DNA of 64,000 bases from Callorhinchus milii. Its lineage: Eukaryota. The stretch is from the NCBI RefSeq assembly GCF_018977255.1, contig NW_024704742.1, positions 125,118,001 through 125,182,000 of the forward strand. Direction: 5' to 3'. The position numbers were made by a program, and so were the translations under genes. This document shows, in pieces, positions 62,631 through 64,000 of this stretch. Each line of letters begins with the position of its first letter. Positions within the stretch are counted from its first letter, which is position 1. The notes beneath the pieces were generated by a model, which saw only the letters and a program-made list of their open reading frames with translations, did not search any database and was not told the DNA's origin.

Positions 62631-63722
62631 GTCATAGTTTTGTTTATTAAACAAGTTTAAAATCTGAAGACAAAGGTAATAATAAAAACTGATGTGTCCA
62701 TGTGATTCATTTTGGCTTTACTTTCCATTATATGTGCATGTCAATGGCAATCACTTTAACTTTTGCATGGTCAATTTTTGTTTCATATCTTTTACCTTGG
62801 GAATTTTGCTTCTGAAGAAAAGGGTTACTTAGTCCATTAGCTGATCCACTTTTATGATGATAAATCCCTTGGTGTGCAGTCATGACAGGAATTACTTCGC
62901 TCTAATGAGTAATAAACGTGGATAAGTCATATGTCTCTGCGGATTACTTTGCCCGAAATTACATTTGGAAGATGGCTAATTGTCTAAAATTTATACAAAT
63001 TCAATACAAATTTCATTGCTGTTAATTGCTTTTTCATGTTTTGCTACATTAAGAATATTCAAATGCATTTGTCATAGCACTCTAGTGTATATGTAATGTA
63101 TGATTTTAACAGTAGTTGCCATCTTATGTAAGTGTCTGAGCTATTGCAAAAAGAACACAAACACTAAATCATATTGACTTCATACAGTATACTCAACATG
63201 AAATGATTGTGTTTTACAAATGACAATGGTAGGTCCACTGTATATTTTACTGTAAGTCATTTGTAATACAGAATGTCTTAAGTTTCAACTTTTAGTACAT
63301 CGGAACTTCAAAGAGAGATACAGAAATACATTGTATTTCTTAGATTAGCTCAGTTAATGCTTTAAACAGAATATGTCACCGGTTGCAACAACTGCACAGA
63401 GTTTATTTTAACAACGTCATGCTAAACTGGTGGTTATGCCAAGGCCCTGTTTAATGTATCCAACAAAATATAAACAGAGATGTGACATTAATATGACAAA
63501 CCTCATAAGACTACTTTGAATGCTTAAAGACAGATTTTTCATGAAACCAACTCATCTGTTTCTTGGGAACGTTGTGGTACATTAAACAACAATTTAAGGG
63601 CTTCTTCTCAATGGGCTATTGGGTTAGGGTTATAGCACTAAACTATATGGAGCAGAAGATTACAGGATTGATTCCCAATCAGTTAACTGATCCCAGCAAG
63701 GGTAGTAGTTAGGAGTCTACAG

Positions 63723-64000
63723 TTGTCAGCCTGGTTCAATTGGTAACACTCTGAATCAGAAGGTTGTGGGTTCATGCCCCATGATGGGACATTGAAGTCA
63801 CATGTCTAGGCTGATACTCAAATGCAGTGCTGAGGACATGCTGTACTATTGGAAGTGCTGTCCTTTGGATTAGACATTAAACTGAACTCCCGTCTGCTGT
63901 TCAGGTACGTTCTAAGAATCCCATACTATTATTCAAAATAGAAGGGTCTTTCTTCTGGTGTCCTGGAAAATAATACCCAAAGGAAATTGGTTACTCAATT
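63723..64000 (+). mobile_element. Deu-domain tRNA SINE, runs off the window end
   Basis: Head tgtcagcctggttcaattggta..cagaaggttgtgggttca; Deu block ctttggattagacattaaactga..cccgtctgc. Confidence 0.85.

Noticed and set aside
1..64000. ORF-track entries as host protein-coding genes
   Set aside because: Recognisable ones are broken L2/CR1 ORF2 pieces or their antisense frames. Recurrent peptides such as WDIAVRNWLP..KDYYYY are SINE translations. The rest are short and match nothing I recognise.

Overview
Vertebrate, AT-rich, non-coding genomic DNA: a large intron or intergenic stretch. The repeat content points to a cartilaginous fish, probably a chimaera or shark (inference). It includes L2 LINEs with (TTG)n tails, CR1/HER1-type LINEs, Deu-domain tRNA SINEs, a young tRNA-Ala/CORE-like SINE with a (TTA)n tail and a chondrichthyan-type Penelope-like end. 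I cannot support any intact host gene. All recognisable ORFs are frameshifted LINE ORF2 (RT) remnants. Best observations: (i) a 3' stem-loop shared by the L2s and both SINE families, showing compensatory base changes between lineages; (ii) a young chimeric SINE; (iii) a multi-level nested insertion cluster with readable TSDs at 11.5-16.2 kb; (iv) an LF-SINE-like relic; (v) unclassified dispersed repeats; (vi) two isolated hairpins; (vii) TE-poor islands with developmental TF motifs; (viii) two orphan exon candidates. None of this shows a new biological system from sequence alone. Repeat boundaries are approximate and family names come from remembered consensus sequences, not a database search.
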